A DNA stretch of 64,000 nt from an uncultured delta proteobacterium (GCA_963790365.1 CAWBOU010000050.1:5056-69055); one strand, 5' to 3'; positions 29,183-39,774 are shown, counted from the stretch's first letter. Translations and numbers: made by a program. Notes: generated by a model not told the origin, from the sequence alone.

Positions 29183-30631
29183 ATGGTCTTCACCACTCTG
29201 ACCTTCCTCGTCTTCCTGCCGGTCGTCTTCGCGCTTCATTGGACGCTCCGGAAGCACGGGCACCGGAACTGGCTCCTCCTCGGCGCGAGCTACGTCTTCT
29301 ACGGCTGGTGGGACTACCGCTTCGTCGGCTTGATGCTCGTCTCGAGCCTCGTCGACTACGGTGCGGGCCTCGTGCTCGACGCCGAAACGCGACAGGAGAG
29401 GCGACGGGCGATCATCACCCTCGTCTGCACCGCGCAGCTCGCGCTGCTCGGCTTCTTCAAATACTTCGATTTCTTCGCCGAGAACGCGATCACCGCGGCA
29501 GCGGCGCTCGGCTGGCACCTCGATCCGATCACGCTGCGGATCATCCTGCCGGTCGGCATCAGCTTCTACACGTTCCAGAGCCTCTCGTACGTGCTCGACG
29601 TGTACCACCGGCGCATGCCGGCGACGCGGAGCCTCCGCGACTACTTTCTCTTCGTCGCGTTCTTCCCCCACCTCGTCGCCGGTCCGATCCTTCGCGCGCC
29701 GATCCTCCTCGCGCAGCTTCTCCGTCCGCGTACGTTCGAGTACGGCCAGGCGGTCGAGGGATGCCGGCGGATCCTCTGGGGCTTCGTCAAGAAGATCGCG
29801 CTCGCCGACAACTTCGCGCGCGTCGTCGATCCGGTGTTCGCGGACGTCGCGGGTCACACCGGCACCGAGATCGCGATCGCGACCGTCGCGTTCGGCTTCC
29901 AGATCTACTGCGACTTCTCCGCGTACTCCGACATCGCGAACGGTGTCGCGAACCTCTTCGGCATCACGCTGATGCGGAACTTCGCGTACCCGTACTTCTC
30001 GCAGAGCGTGACGGAGTTCTGGCGGCGCTGGCACATCTCGCTGTCGACCTGGTTCGGCGACTACGTCTTCCAACCGCTCGGCGGGAGCCGCGGCTCGCTC
30101 GCGCTCCGCGTGCGGAACTTGCTCGTCGTGTTCCTGCTCTCGGGCCTCTGGCACGGGCCGTCGTGGACGTTCGTGGCGTGGGGTCTCTACCACGGCATCC
30201 TGGTCGCGGGCGCCGCGATCTTCTTCTCGGGCCGCGAAAAGGTCCGCGGCACCGACGTGCCGGGCGGCGAGCGTGATCTGCCGAGCCTCGGCGTCACGCT
30301 CCGCATCGCCCGCACGTTCGTGCTCGTGACGATCGGCTGGGTGTTCTTCCGCGCGCCGAGCCTTTCCTCGGCGCTGACCGCGTTCGGGCGCATGGCGAGC
30401 GGGCTATTCGACGGTGTCCGCGAGCCCGCGATCCTGGCGCCGCTCCCGTGGCTCGCGGGCGCGCTTGCGCTGTTCGTCGCGTTCGAATGGCTCGAGCGGC
30501 GTCACGAAAACCCGCTCCGCCCGCCGCCGCTGCCCGCGGCGCTTCGCTGGGCCGTCTACTCGGCGATCGTGTGGACGGTGCTCCTCGTCGCGCCGCCGCG
30601 CTCGGGCGCGTTCATCTACTTCCAATTCTGA
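29183..30631 (+). CDS. MBOAT family membrane-bound O-acyltransferase (AlgI/DltB-like)
   Basis: 482 aa, multi-TM, conserved His region (LSGLWHGPSWTFVAWGLYHG) and RRWHISLSTWF block. Only 15 nt separate it from the divergent GT8 start. Confidence 0.8.
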   Translation: MVFTTLTFLVFLPVVFALHWTLRKHGHRNWLLLGASYVFYGWWDYRFVGLMLVSSLVDYGAGLVLDAETRQERRRAIITLVCTAQLALLGFFKYFDFFAENAITAAAALGWHLDPITLRIILPVGISFYTFQSLSYVLDVYHRRMPATRSLRDYFLFVAFFPHLVAGPILRAPILLAQLLRPRTFEYGQAVEGCRRILWGFVKKIALADNFARVVDPVFADVAGHTGTEIAIATVAFGFQIYCDFSAYSDIANGVANLFGITLMRNFAYPYFSQSVTEFWRRWHISLSTWFGDYVFQPLGGSRGSLALRVRNLLVVFLLSGLWHGPSWTFVAWGLYHGILVAGAAIFFSGREKVRGTDVPGGERDLPSLGVTLRIARTFVLVTIGWVFFRAPSLSSALTAFGRMASGLFDGVREPAILAPLPWLAGALALFVAFEWLERRHENPLRPPPLPAALRWAVYSAIVWTVLLVAPPRSGAFIYFQF

Positions 30632-31590
30632 TGAAGAAGTTTTTGCTCCGCGTCGTCCCGTTCCTCGTGCTGCATGCGGCGGCGCTCGCGGCGCTCGGCC
30701 ACTTCTATGCGGAGCACTGGCGGGGCGACGACCAGTACCTCGCCGCCTGGGGCGACAAGTACGAGCGGCTCCTCGCGACCTCGAGCCCGCGCATCCTCCT
30801 CGCCGGCGGCTCGAGCGTGGCGTTCGGCTTCGACTCGCCGGCGATCGAGCAGGCGTTCGCGCGCCCGGTCGTGAACCTCGGGCTCCACGCCGCGGTCGGC
30901 CGCGAGATGGTGCTTCGTGAGATCGAGGAGACCGTCGGCGCCGGCGACGTCGTCGTCCTCTCGTTCGAGTACGTCCAGCTCTATCACCCGTTCGTCGGCG
31001 ACGAGATCTTCGAGCTCCTCGTGCAGAACCCTGAGGCCGTGCGGTTCCTCGAGGCGGGCTCCACGCGGGAGCTCCTCGACAACGGCCTCCCCTTTCTCGC
31101 GCGACTGCCGAAGGCGTTCGTCGCCTGGCTCCGCGGCCAGCCGCATCCGAAGCCGCCCTCCTACTACTCGCGGAGCGCGTTCAACGCCTGGGGAGACGCC
31201 GTCGCACATCACGGCCGCTCGCTCGGTCGGCCGCTCGTCGGGGATCTCAGCCTTCGCGGCTACACGGCCGACGGCCTCCGCCGCGGCATGCGGCGCCTCG
31301 ACCGCTTCGCTGACCGCTGCCGGGCGAGCGGCGCCACGGTCGCCCTCTTCTTTCCGGCGATTCCCGCGGACGAGCTCGACTCGCTACGGCGCGCCTTCGC
31401 CGAGATCGAGGCGGCGATCCGCGCCGGGACGCACCTCGAGATTCTGAATTCCCCCCTGGAGATGGGCTATCCCCGGGACGTTTTCTTCCACACGACCTAC
31501 CATCTGACGAAGGCGGGCGCGGCCCGCCGGACGGCTCTTCTCGTAGAGCGCCTGCGACCCATCGTTGCGCCGGAAGATCGCGTCCGGTAA
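30631..31590 (+). CDS. AlgJ/AlgX/DltD-like (SGNH-fold) partner protein of the MBOAT acyltransferase, N-terminal signal anchor
   Basis: ATG overlaps the MBOAT stop (TGATG). MKKFLLRVVPFLVLHAAALAALGHF signal/TM, then LLAGGSSVAFGF (GxS-type block). Pairing with MBOAT suggests an O-acylation system for a glycan. Confidence 0.6.
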   Translation: MKKFLLRVVPFLVLHAAALAALGHFYAEHWRGDDQYLAAWGDKYERLLATSSPRILLAGGSSVAFGFDSPAIEQAFARPVVNLGLHAAVGREMVLREIEETVGAGDVVVLSFEYVQLYHPFVGDEIFELLVQNPEAVRFLEAGSTRELLDNGLPFLARLPKAFVAWLRGQPHPKPPSYYSRSAFNAWGDAVAHHGRSLGRPLVGDLSLRGYTADGLRRGMRRLDRFADRCRASGATVALFFPAIPADELDSLRRAFAEIEAAIRAGTHLEILNSPLEMGYPRDVFFHTTYHLTKAGAARRTALLVERLRPIVAPEDRVR

Positions 31591-31614
31591 GGGTTTCTCG
31601 ATCACCTGCAGGCG

Positions 31615-33171
31615 ATGAAGCTCCAACTCATCCATCCGCCGGTCTATGTGAATCTTCAGGCGTGGACCGCGCTTCGCCCGGCTCCGCCGCTCGGGCTCGC
31701 GTACATCGCGGGCGCGCTCCGCAAGGCCGGCCACCAGGTGAGCGTGATCGACGCGCTCGCGGAGGCGCCCGAGCAGACGGTCCGCGAGGGCCGCGTCATG
31801 CGTCTCGGCCTCTCGCCGGAGGAGATCGTCGCGCGCCTCGAGCCCGACACGAAGCTCGTCGCGCGTGACGAACATGTGGAGCTACTCGTGGCCGATGGTC
31901 CGCGAGCTCCTCCACCAGATCAAGCGGGCGCGGCCGGACCTCGTCATCGTCTGCGGCGGCGAGCATTTCAGCGGGCTCCCCGAGCGGTCGATGGAGCAGA
32001 CGCCGATCGACTACGTCGTCCGCGGCGAAGGCGAGGACACGATCGTCGAGCTCGTCGCCGCGATCGAGCGTGGTGATCTCGAGCCCGCGAAGATCGCCGG
32101 GCTCGTGTGGAGAGACTCCGGTACGATCGTCCGCAACGCCCCCGCGCGCGCGCGTCGATGCCATCGACGAGATCCCGTGGCCGGCCTGGGACCTCTTCGA
32201 CATCGAGGCCTACAACACGCACGGCCTCAAGACCGGCATCGACTACGGCAAGATGGTGCCGATCATCGCCACGCGCGGCTGCCCGTACTCGTGCACGTAC
32301 TGCTCGAGCCCGCGCATGTGGACGACGAAGTGGCTCGCGCGCGATCCGGTGCTCGTCGCCGACGAGGTCGAGCACTGGGCGAAGACCTACGGCGCCGACA
32401 ACTTCCCGTTCCAGGACCTCACGGTCGTCATCAAGCGCGACTGGATCATCGCCTTCTGCAAGGAGATCCTCAGCCGGAACCTCGACATCCGCTGGCAGCT
32501 CCCGTCCGGTACGCGCTGCGAGGTCATCGACGAAGAGGTCGCCGACCTCCTCTGACCGCTCCGGCTGCCGCGCGCTCGCGTACGCGCCGGAGAGCGGGTC
32601 GGACGAGGTGCGGAAGCGCATCAAGAAGCGCATGAAGCGCGAGGGGCTGATGGAGGCCGTGGACGCCGCGGTGAAATCCGGGCTCCACCTCACCTGCTTC
32701 ATCGTGCTCGGCTTCCCGCACGACACGGACGCGGAGATTCGCGAGAACGTCGCATTCGTGCGCGAGCTCGCGCGCCGCGGCGTCGAGGATCTCGCCTGCG
32801 GCTTCTTCTTCCCGATCCCGTCGACCGAGCTCTTCGACTACCTGATGGAGAAGAAGCGGATCGAGCTGACGGATGACTTTTTGCTCACGCCGATCCTGTC
32901 GCACGACCGCTACCTGACCGAAGATCGGAATTTCTCCGAGCATCTCTCGGCCCGGCGCCTGACGATCTACCGACTTCTCCTCCTGCTCAACTTCTACGCC
33001 GTCTCCTTCGCCACGCACCCTCGGCGGATCTTCCGCACCCTACGCAACGCGCTCGCCGGGCGCGAGGAGTCGAAGCTCGACTCGTTCCTCCGCATCTACC
33101 GGCAGAACCTCGGACGGAAGCTCCGGAAGCTCATCCCGGTTCGACGTCCCGTCCCCGGCGCGGCGGGTTGA
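31615..33171 (+). pseudogene. B12-binding radical SAM protein disrupted by three single-base frameshifts (segments in 4 frames)
   Basis: Frame A has MKLQLIHPPVYVNLQAWTALRPAPPLGLAYIAGALRKAGHQVSVIDA...EPDTKLVA. Frame B has TNMWSYSWPMVRELLHQIKRARPDLVIVCGGEHFSG...VRGEGEDTIVEL...TIVRNAP. Frame C has VDAIDEIPWPAWDLFD...ATRGCPYSCTYCSSP (Cx3Cx2C)...EEVADLL*. Frame D has SGCRALAYAPESGSDEVRKRIKK...LGFPHDTDAEIRENVAF...PIPSTELFDY. Junctions lie at ~31860, within a (CG)5 run at ~32146-32157, and at an inserted T creating TGA at ~32553. Confidence 0.7.
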
Positions 33172-34898
33172 GCGACCTCGCGCTCGAAGCCGCCTTCGCC
33201 GCCTGCGCCGCGGGCGCCGTGTTCGCCGCGATCCGATGGCGATTCGGCCGGCTCGCGGTCATCGGCATCGGTCTCGCGATCGTCGCCGGCATCTATCTCG
33301 GGAATCCGGTCCACCGCGTCTACTCGTTCCACGGGTTCTGGCACCACTCGATCACGTTCGAGATCTTGAACGGGCGCTTGCCGCCGCACGATCCGCTGGT
33401 GGCCGGGCAGCGCCTCTCCTACCCGTGGGGGATGCATCTCGTGGCCGCGGCGATCACCGCGGTCCTTGGAGTCACTCCGGCCGTCTCGTTCGCACTGATG
33501 AACGCGGCATGCTTCGCGATCACGACTTCGCTTCTCTGGCGGATCGCTCGTACGCTCGGCTTCGATCGAACGACCTCCGTCTTCGCCGCGACGGTGCCCC
33601 TCTACGGGGTCACGCCCTTCAACTTCGGACACGTAGCGATGCTCGTGCAGCCCTACCTACCGGTGACGATGGAGTTTCGTGGCACACCGGCCATGGCCCT
33701 CTTCACCCACATCAACGGCGGCCCGCTCGGGATGGTCTTCTACGTGCTGGCGCTCGATTCTCTGCTCGGCATCTTCGCGCCCGTCGGCGCGGTCAGGAAG
33801 AGCCGCTACGTCCTCCTCGGCGTGGCCATGGCCGGAGCTGCGTTCTTCTACCCGCTCCACTACGTCGGCGCCGCCGGCGCGACCGGAGCCGGCATCGCGA
33901 TCAGCGCTCTCCGCGGAGCCGATCGGCGACGCGTGATCGGCGCGGTCGCGGTCGTCGTTGCCGGCACGCTCTGCGCCATGCCCTACCTCCTGTCGATCGG
34001 GGCCGGCCGCGATCCGGCGGCGGCGATCCGCGTCGAGAGCGATCTCGGCGGCCTGCTCGAGGAAACGGCGCGCTACGGGATCACCGCACTCGCGGTGATC
34101 GCGATCATGGTCTGGCAGCGGGACCGCTTCAGACGCTTCGTTCGCGAGCAGGCCGCCGGTGCGATCCTGATCGGCGCCGCCGCGGCCACGACCGCGATCC
34201 TGTACGTCGTCGCCCACTATCCGCAAGACGCGGAGTACAAGCTGCAGACGCTCAGTACCGTCGCCCTCGGCATCTTCGTGTGCCCCATGCTCGCCTCCCT
34301 CTACGATCGACGTCGCCTTGCGTGCTTTCTCGTCGTCACCGCCCTGTTCCTTCCGCTCGGCGCCGACGCTCTCCTCAAGCTCCATCCGAAGTGGTGGAAG
34401 ATCACGGACCCGTACGTCGAGCACGGCGCCGCGATCGAAGCCGCGGAGCCCGGGGAACGTGAGCTCGGAGACTGGATCCGCGCGCACACCACGCCCGATG
34501 ACGCGTTCATCGACTCGCGGATGACGATTCCCGTGTTCGCCGAGCGGCCGCTCTTCTTCCCGACCGACCTCCGGCGAGCGAATCTACGCGGCTGGCGACC
34601 GAACGGTTGGCTGGCGAATCCGAAAGGCATCCTTCACGAGCTCGAGGGCTTACCGCGGTCGCTGGTCGACTCGCGCGAGGATCTGGTGCGGGCGCTCCTC
34701 GTCGACGGCCGGACGCCGAGCGACGAAGCCCTGGCCGCCTCGCGGAGCGGTCTCCTGGGCGAGCTCTACGTGGTGTGTCGCGACGCCCCGAGCTCCGCAC
34801 GGATCGCCACGGACTCGCGCTTCGCGAAGGCCTTCGCGAACCCGGCGGCAACCGTCTACCGCCTTCGCGTCAGCGCCGCCCGACCAGCAGATAGCTGA
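33168..34898 (+). CDS. Polytopic membrane protein, GT-C-like (putative glycosyltransferase of the mannosyl/arabinosyl-transferase superfamily)
   Basis: TTG start overlapping the upstream stop. 576 aa with >10 TM helices in the N-terminal two-thirds and a soluble C-terminal ~150-aa domain, the architecture of GT-C enzymes. No definitive motif identified. Confidence 0.5.
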   Translation: MSDLALEAAFAACAAGAVFAAIRWRFGRLAVIGIGLAIVAGIYLGNPVHRVYSFHGFWHHSITFEILNGRLPPHDPLVAGQRLSYPWGMHLVAAAITAVLGVTPAVSFALMNAACFAITTSLLWRIARTLGFDRTTSVFAATVPLYGVTPFNFGHVAMLVQPYLPVTMEFRGTPAMALFTHINGGPLGMVFYVLALDSLLGIFAPVGAVRKSRYVLLGVAMAGAAFFYPLHYVGAAGATGAGIAISALRGADRRRVIGAVAVVVAGTLCAMPYLLSIGAGRDPAAAIRVESDLGGLLEETARYGITALAVIAIMVWQRDRFRRFVREQAAGAILIGAAAATTAILYVVAHYPQDAEYKLQTLSTVALGIFVCPMLASLYDRRRLACFLVVTALFLPLGADALLKLHPKWWKITDPYVEHGAAIEAAEPGERELGDWIRAHTTPDDAFIDSRMTIPVFAERPLFFPTDLRRANLRGWRPNGWLANPKGILHELEGLPRSLVDSREDLVRALLVDGRTPSDEALAASRSGLLGELYVVCRDAPSSARIATDSRFAKAFANPAATVYRLRVSAARPADS

Positions 34899-35535
34899 GC
34901 GTGTCGCCCGGATCCGGTCGCCGGCGCTCGAGGTAGCCGAAACAGAGGTTCACGAGCGGGATCAGGCGTCGAAGGCGCGGTCGCACCTGAAGCGTGTTGC
35001 AGAGCGCTTGCCCGGCGAGCCGCCACGCCCCTCCCTGCGCGCGAAGCTCGACGATCTCGAAGCCTTGTCTCTTCGCCAGGTATTCCAGTCCGTAGCGCGT
35101 GAATCGGAAGTAGTCGTGGGGCTCTTCATGAAGCCTCCAGTATTGCGGCGCGAGCAGGATCAGATGTCCATCCGGGCGGAGCACGCGATGGATCTCACCG
35201 AGCATGCGCCCCGGGTCGACCACATGCTCGAGCACCGCAATCGATAGCGCGGTGTCGAAGGTCTCCGACGCGAAGGGTAGGTCGCTCGCAAGCGCCGCGA
35301 CGTCGGGCCGACTGCTCTGGTGATCGGGGTCGATGCCGATGTACGCGGAAACCGCCGGGCGAAAGAGATCGAAGTACGGCCGATTGCCGCAGCCGACGTC
35401 GATCAGCCGACCCCGCGCATGGCGTCGTGCCGCGCCGACGTCCGCGAACGTCGCTTGCTTCAAGAGGTACTGCGGGTCCCGCCAGTCAAGCGTCAAATTG
35501 GCAAGCCGGCGCACCGGGGCCGGGGCCGGCTTCAC
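34870..35535 (-). CDS. Class I SAM-dependent methyltransferase (Methyltransf_11-like)
   Basis: GTG start at 35535. Motif I LIDVGCGNRPY, motif post-I IGIDPD, motif II FDTALSIAVLEHV, motif III LRPDGHLIL. Confidence 0.7.
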   Translation of the reverse strand: MKPAPAPVRRLANLTLDWRDPQYLLKQATFADVGAARRHARGRLIDVGCGNRPYFDLFRPAVSAYIGIDPDHQSSRPDVAALASDLPFASETFDTALSIAVLEHVVDPGRMLGEIHRVLRPDGHLILLAPQYWRLHEEPHDYFRFTRYGLEYLAKRQGFEIVELRAQGGAWRLAGQALCNTLQVRPRLRRLIPLVNLCFGYLERRRPDPGDTLSYLLVGRR

Positions 35536-36263
35536 GAGATCCGCCTCAGGAAGCCCTTCGGATTGTACGTGAGGAGGTAGCGCTCGCGTTCGGCGTCGAC
35601 CGCGAACTCGGAATGCCGCAGCAGGAACTCCTCGATTGCCGCGAGCGGCCCTTCGTCGACCGTGCCGATCGAGTCGCCGGGATCGAAGAGGTCGATGATC
35701 CCGTCTTCGACGATCAGGTAGCTCCCTTGCGTGACGAGCGGCGCGTAGGCTTCGAGATCGGCAAGCACGTTCCCCTTGCGATGGTCGCCGTCGTGGACGA
35801 CGAGCACGCTCTGCCCGGCTGCGATCGCGCCCACGCGCGCGACGATCTCCGGCGACGAGCTGTCGCCGGTCACGAGCTGGATCCGCGGATGGCTCGCCTG
35901 GAAGCGCGAGCGATCGACGTCGATCGAGACGATCTTGCCGGTGCCGAGGATGTCCATCAGGTGCGCGAAGTAGAGCGTGCTCCCGCCCTGAGCGCTGCCG
36001 ATCTCGACGAGCACTTCGGGGCGCACCTCGTGGAGGATCTCCTGGTAGATCCAGGCGTCGAGGGGATTCTTGTACGCGGGCAGCCCCATCCACGTGCATT
36101 GCGCGAAGCCGATCTCCTTCTGGTGGTACAGTAGCCACTGCCGAAGCGTCAGGCTCAAGCGCCGCTGGTACTCGCTGCGCGAGGAGAAGAGACGCTCGTA
36201 GGCGCGTCGCGCCGAGTGGCGCAGCCGGCGTACGAGCTGCCGCGGGGACGAGCGTGGAGGCAT
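35532..36263 (-). CDS. CmcI/cephalosporin-hydroxylase-family class I methyltransferase (sugar O-methyltransferase-like)
   Basis: WMGLPAYKNPLDAWIYQEILHEVRPEVLVEIGSAQGGSTLYFAHLMDILGTGKIVSIDVD is the characteristic CmcI-family core. Stop overlaps the next gene start. Confidence 0.75.
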   Translation of the reverse strand: MPPRSSPRQLVRRLRHSARRAYERLFSSRSEYQRRLSLTLRQWLLYHQKEIGFAQCTWMGLPAYKNPLDAWIYQEILHEVRPEVLVEIGSAQGGSTLYFAHLMDILGTGKIVSIDVDRSRFQASHPRIQLVTGDSSSPEIVARVGAIAAGQSVLVVHDGDHRKGNVLADLEAYAPLVTQGSYLIVEDGIIDLFDPGDSIGTVDEGPLAAIEEFLLRHSEFAVDAERERYLLTYNPKGFLRRIS

Positions 36264-36277
36264 GGACTGCGGCGCTT

Positions 36278-37801
36278 CTAGCGAAAGCGGAGCGCGGCGG
36301 CGAGGTGCTGCCGATCGTCGGCGTCTACCAGGCCCGTCGCCCAAGCGAGTGCGAGATGCGTCGCGCCGACGGTGGTCAACCCACAGGCGGCGACGGCGAA
36401 CGCTGCCAGGCGGGTGTCCGAGCCGAGCGCGCCGCCCAAGGTCCGCACCGCGATCTCCCCGACGAGCGCCGCGGCCGCGGCGGCGAGAATTCCTCTCGCG
36501 AGGATGCCCGCCGTTCCGGGCGTTTCGAGCCCATGCCGGTGCATCCATCGGAGGAGAGCGCCGGTACCCGCCAGGTTGATCGCGGCCGCACCCCACCCCG
36601 CTCCGGCAAAGCCCGCGAGCGAGAGCCACATCACGTTGACGGCGACGAATGCCGCGCCCCAAAGCGCGTAGACGGGTGCCAAACGTCCGAGACGGGAGCG
36701 ACCGGTCAGGATGTGGACCCCGGGCGCAGTGAGAAGCGGCACCAGGATCGCGAGAGCCAGCGGGCGCACCACGCGTCCGGCCGGCTCGAATCCCGGTCCG
36801 AGCCAGGCCGCGAGCACCGCCGGCGCGGAGACCACGAGGCCCGCCGTGATCGCGAGGACGACCGCGGCGGCGAGCTTGAAGCTCCGCCCGTAGAGTCGCG
36901 CGAGCGCGCGGTCGTCACCCGCGACGTCGAGCGCCGCGCTCGCGGGAATCAACGCCGACAGCAGCACCTGCGGGACCTCACGCGCCGTCATCACGAGGCG
37001 TGCCGCCACGGCGTATTGCGCAAGGAGAGCGAGATCCACGACGAAGCCGAGGAACGTGCGCTCGAAGTTGAGCGCGATCGAGCCGACGAGGCCGAGGATG
37101 ACGACCGGCAAGCCCGCGGAGAGGAGTCCCGGAAGCTCACTCGGCGCCGGCCAGGCGAAACGGAGCGACGGATGGAGCCGCCGGCAGAGGAGCGCGCGGA
37201 GGACGAGCTGGAAGCCACCGAGGCCCATCTGCATCCAGGCGAGCTCCAGCACGCGCCCTCCGTTCTCGAGGATCATGACGGTCGCGACGGCCTGGAGCAC
37301 GAGCTGCGCGGTCTGGATCTTGTGGACGAGATCGAGGCGCTGGAGGGCCGAAAGGAGCGCGCCGAACGGGAAGCTCGTGACGACGAGACCCTGCGCGACG
37401 ACGAGCAAGAGGAGCGTCCTTCCACCGAGCTCCCGCTCCGCGAGTGGCAGGGCGGAGGTGAGCGGAGCCTCCGCCAGCACGGCGAGAGCGAGGATCGCGA
37501 GCGTGATGAGGCCGTGGAAGGCGATCGCCGCGACCAGGATCTCGCCGACGCGGCGCTCGTCCTTCGCGGCGAGGCTCCGCGCGAGCGGATTCACGTTGCC
37601 GTACGAGAGCCCGAGGTCCGCGAGCGTCAGCCAGCTCGACATCGCGAGGAGCCAGGACCAGAGCCCGTACTCCTCGCGGGAGAGGTGCGAGAGGACGTAG
37701 GGCACGAGGAGGATGCCGACCGCGCCCTGAACGAGCCGCGACCCGACGTGTGCCCGCACGTTCGAGAAAAAGCGCACGTGAAGGTCGGACGGCGCGCTCA
37801 T
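36278..37801 (-). CDS. MOP-superfamily polysaccharide flippase (Wzx-like oligosaccharide translocase)
   Basis: 507 aa, ~12-14 TM helices with periodic Gly/Ala-rich helices and paired 6+6 topology. Position inside a glycan locus. Confidence 0.65.
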   Translation of the reverse strand: MSAPSDLHVRFFSNVRAHVGSRLVQGAVGILLVPYVLSHLSREEYGLWSWLLAMSSWLTLADLGLSYGNVNPLARSLAAKDERRVGEILVAAIAFHGLITLAILALAVLAEAPLTSALPLAERELGGRTLLLLVVAQGLVVTSFPFGALLSALQRLDLVHKIQTAQLVLQAVATVMILENGGRVLELAWMQMGLGGFQLVLRALLCRRLHPSLRFAWPAPSELPGLLSAGLPVVILGLVGSIALNFERTFLGFVVDLALLAQYAVAARLVMTAREVPQVLLSALIPASAALDVAGDDRALARLYGRSFKLAAAVVLAITAGLVVSAPAVLAAWLGPGFEPAGRVVRPLALAILVPLLTAPGVHILTGRSRLGRLAPVYALWGAAFVAVNVMWLSLAGFAGAGWGAAAINLAGTGALLRWMHRHGLETPGTAGILARGILAAAAAALVGEIAVRTLGGALGSDTRLAAFAVAACGLTTVGATHLALAWATGLVDADDRQHLAAALRFR

Positions 37802-39774
37802 CCCGAAGCGCTCGTGACCTCGACGGTCTCATCGAGCTCGAAACATTCGCCTTCGAGGTGCATGCGATAGGCGCCTGCCATCTCGGGCGCGGAGAGGAAG
37901 ACGGTCCGCCACGCGAGACCGCGATGCACGATCGGGGGGCAGAAGTATTTGACGCGCGTCTCGAGGCTTGCGCCGTCCGCGGAGGTCCAGCGCGCGCGGC
38001 CGCGGCGCCAGCCGAGCATCGCGGGCGGCAACGCGACAGGTGGATCGCCCTCCTCGAAGGCAATCTTCGCCGCGTTCCACTCCCCGGCCCCCAGCGCCGT
38101 CGGATCGGCGAGACGGGCGGCGAGGCGACGGAACGGTGGCGGCTGGAGATCGTGCTCGAGGACGACGACGCCCTCGTCGTCGAACGATCGCCGGAGCACG
38201 CCGCGCTCCGCGAGCGTCTGCCATGCGGCGAGCGCCGATGCCTCCATCTCGTCTTCGTGGAGCACGATCGTCCGCACCTCCCATGCCGCGAGGAGCGGCA
38301 GCACGCGCTCGGGCGGTTCGTTCGCGAGCACTTCGCGCAGGCTTCCGTACGGAGGCGGCGTGTAGCCCGAGTAGCCGTTGACGATCCGGCGCCAGTGAAA
38401 CGCGCTCCGGTAGATGCGCGCGGTCTCGCGCTCGTATTGCTCCTTGCCCGAGGCCGGAAGTGGAAGCTCGATCACGGCGCCGTCACGCGAGCGCGCCAAC
38501 CATTCGTCGAGCCGACTCGGTCCGACCGCCGGCACCGACGTCGTCGCCAGCGGGTAGACCCAGGCCTCGAGCATGGCGAAAACGAGGAGAACCGCCGCAG
38601 CCTCGCGTGGCAGGCGGGACGCCCCGGCGCCCGCCGCGAGCGCGAGCCCGAGACTCCCGACGAGCGCCCAGCGGGCCGGGCCGCGAAGTCCCTGGAGCAG
38701 CGGCAGCCATTGCCAGGCGACGAGATACGGCAGCGGGATCCCGGTCCGCTCGCCGCGCCAGATGAGGATCGGGCCGAGCGAGCAGACGAAGCCGACGATG
38801 GCGAGCGCGAGCCCGAAGCGGACCATCCAGTTCCTGCGATCGCTCACGAGCGCGACGAGTGCGAGCGCGGTCGTCACCACACCCGGGAAGAGCTGCTTCT
38901 CCCACGGCGCGACCGAGTCGGCGAACCCCGCGAGCGCTCGTCCCCAGACGACGTTGCCCTCCGGCACGGACAGAAACGCGAGCGGCGACGCAGCGAAGCG
39001 GAGGTTCTGCTCGAGACTCCGCGACGCACCCCATGTCACGCGTACCTCGGCGAAGGCGATTGCGAGCGGCACGCAGAGAAGCCCTGCCGCGGCGACCGCG
39101 ATCAAAGTCTTCGCGAGAGCGGGACGCCACGGGAGCCGCACGCGGCCCGTCGCGAGCGCCACCACGGCGAGCACCACGACCGCCGCCGCGGCGAACGCCG
39201 CGAGGTAGAGCGAAGCATACGCTTGCAACACCAGGCAGAGCGTACCGGCCGCGAGCGCCCACGAGCCGCCGTTGCGGAGAAATCGGTCGAGGGCGAGGAG
39301 CGCGAGGGGCGTCCACCAGAACGCGTAAAGCTGCACATGATCCACGTGCGAGAACCGGAGCGGCGAGAACGCGAACAGGAGTCCCGCCGCGAAGCCGCCG
39401 AGCGCGCTCGCGCCCCATTCTCGCGCAAGCCGCTGAGCCGCTACCCCGCAGAGAACGAAGCTCGCGAGGAAAAGAACGTTCACGAGGAGACCGGGCTCGC
39501 CCGTGAGCCACCAAGCCGGCGCGACGAGCAGAGCCGAGGAGACGTTCGGGTCCGAGAGAGCGATCGTCTTCGCCGCGGGATGGAAGATGTTGCCGTCGAA
39601 GATGGCGAGCGGATCGTGCACGATCGCGTGCGCGATCCAAGCGAGCACCCAAGCGAGGTGAAGGTTGTCGCCGCCGATCGGTATTTCGCTTCGCAGGCTC
39701 CCGGCGAGTGGCCACGTCATCGCCATGGCCAGCGCCGCATAGAGAACCGCCGCGCCCCCGAGCTCTCTCTTCAC
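37798..39774 (-). CDS. Large polytopic membrane protein, GT-C-like (putative polyprenyl-phosphate-sugar-dependent glycosyltransferase)
   Basis: 658 aa. N-terminal 420 aa multi-TM (first loop IPIGGDNLHLAWVLAWIAHAI), C-terminal soluble domain. Translationally coupled on both sides (ATGA overlaps). Confidence 0.5.
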   Translation of the reverse strand: MKRELGGAAVLYAALAMAMTWPLAGSLRSEIPIGGDNLHLAWVLAWIAHAIVHDPLAIFDGNIFHPAAKTIALSDPNVSSALLVAPAWWLTGEPGLLVNVLFLASFVLCGVAAQRLAREWGASALGGFAAGLLFAFSPLRFSHVDHVQLYAFWWTPLALLALDRFLRNGGSWALAAGTLCLVLQAYASLYLAAFAAAAVVVLAVVALATGRVRLPWRPALAKTLIAVAAAGLLCVPLAIAFAEVRVTWGASRSLEQNLRFAASPLAFLSVPEGNVVWGRALAGFADSVAPWEKQLFPGVVTTALALVALVSDRRNWMVRFGLALAIVGFVCSLGPILIWRGERTGIPLPYLVAWQWLPLLQGLRGPARWALVGSLGLALAAGAGASRLPREAAAVLLVFAMLEAWVYPLATTSVPAVGPSRLDEWLARSRDGAVIELPLPASGKEQYERETARIYRSAFHWRRIVNGYSGYTPPPYGSLREVLANEPPERVLPLLAAWEVRTIVLHEDEMEASALAAWQTLAERGVLRRSFDDEGVVVLEHDLQPPPFRRLAARLADPTALGAGEWNAAKIAFEEGDPPVALPPAMLGWRRGRARWTSADGASLETRVKYFCPPIVHRGLAWRTVFLSAPEMAGAYRMHLEGECFELDETVEVTSASG

